NCBI RefSeq assembly: GCF_006345805.1
Contig: NC_043008.1
Coordinates: 5,208,001-5,272,000, forward strand
DNA from: Octopus sinensis
Taxonomy: Eukaryota
Length of the DNA stretch: 64,000 nt
Reading direction: 5' to 3'
Shown here: positions 63,021 to 64,000 of the stretch, in pieces
Layout: the number at the start of each line of letters is the position of its first letter
Numbering within the stretch: position 1 is the stretch's first letter
The notes under the pieces: model-generated
Told to the model about the DNA's origin: nothing
Database searches by the model: none
What the model saw: only the letters and a program-made list of their open reading frames with translations
Translations under genes and position numbers: made by a program

Positions 63021-63450
63021 TACGACAGGCTTCTTTCAGTTTCCGTCTACCAAATCCACTCACAAGGCATTGGTCGGCCCGGGGCTATAGCAGAAGACAC
63101 TTGCCCAAGATGCCACGCAGTGGGACTGAACCTGGAACCATGTGGTTGATTAGCAAGCTACTTACCACACAGCCACTCCTGCGCCTGATATATATATGTA
63201 TGTGTGTATGTATGTTTGTGTGTGTGTGTGTGTATATGTTTCTGTGTCTGTGTTTGTCCCCCCCAACATCACTTGACAACCGATGCTGGTGTGTTTATGT
63301 CCCTGTAACTTAGCAGTTCGGCAAAAGAGACCGATAGAATAAGTACTAGGCTTACAAAGAATAAGTCCTGGGGTTGATTTGCTCGACTAAAGGCGGTGTT
63401 CCAGTATGGCCAGAGTCTGACTGAAACAAGTAAAGAGTAAAAAAAAGAGT
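62593..63450. mobile_element. Nested SINE pair (minus copy 62763-63185 inside a plus copy)
   Basis: Plus-strand head 62593-62762, full minus-strand copy, then plus-strand tail 63186-63450. Confidence 0.8.
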
Positions 63451-64000
63451 TCTAGTGTTTTGTTTGTAAAAAACAACGAAGTTGTCTACTTAAAATACAT
63501 ACGTGCACACACACACATATATGACGGGCTCTTCCGTCGAAGACGTCATATTAGTATCAGCGAGAAAACAAATGAGGAAGAAAAAATATCCCATCAAGAA
63601 TCACGTAATAATAGCAGAGACAGAAACAGAAAAAAAAGCTGTCTGTTCTACCGGAAAACAATACTGGCACACAAATGGACAATCAACAACATACTCACAC
63701 TACTGTTACAACAATTTACCCATGTTTACAATTCATTCACTTCATATCAGTTGTCAGGCTTATTTTCCGATTTTCCCATAACTGACCTTGATTTCCTTTG
63801 AGTTTCAAAATTTTGAAACTGGAAAAAGTACTCTTTCTGCCAATCTGCACAGTTTCTCGCAAGATTCTCAAAGTTTCTTTTGTAATATTCAGATGTTTCA
63901 TTTTCAATCATTATTCATGTGGAGGATGTGCCCACATCACCGCATCTGAGACTTGGGATCTTTTCACTTTGACCGGCAGATTTTTAAAATAATTTCTTTG

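Overview
AT-rich, repeat-saturated eukaryotic genomic DNA. The repeat families and (TA)n/(CAT)n microsatellites suggest an octopus; this is inference from recall, not a search. The only host gene I can support is a CaMKIV-like Ser/Thr kinase on the minus strand. Six short GT-AG exons (35562-35624, 31707-31789, 25737-25809, 17261-17299, 9315-9366, 3060-3134) splice in frame to PHSRVVTVEIKVLLGLSHPNV-VRMKEVFETPTSLHLILEYAIGGELFDR-IVERGSYSEKDAANVFRQMLTGIE-YLHQNSIIHRDLK-PENLLYCTKDENSILKIA-DFGLSKIMTTSTLSMSMCGTPSYC. I did not find the other exons in the window. Most of the remainder is transposon-derived: two RTE LINE families (one with a PHD finger inside the RT and a modular hairpin-array 3' UTR in roughly 30 copies), an RT-less Gypsy LTR element with LTRs and TSD, Penelope-like fragments, CR1 and Tx1/L1-like LINE remnants, DD41D/mariner/Tc1 derivatives, MITEs, Helitron-like repeats and tRNA-derived SINEs. 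Most ORF-track entries are spurious readings of these repeats. The most striking non-coding signals are four hammerhead-ribozyme motifs at three loci (two in the arms of a near-perfect 1-kb palindrome), a 520-bp hairpin 53 nt from a kinase exon, and a 5'-inverted RTE insertion with TSD.
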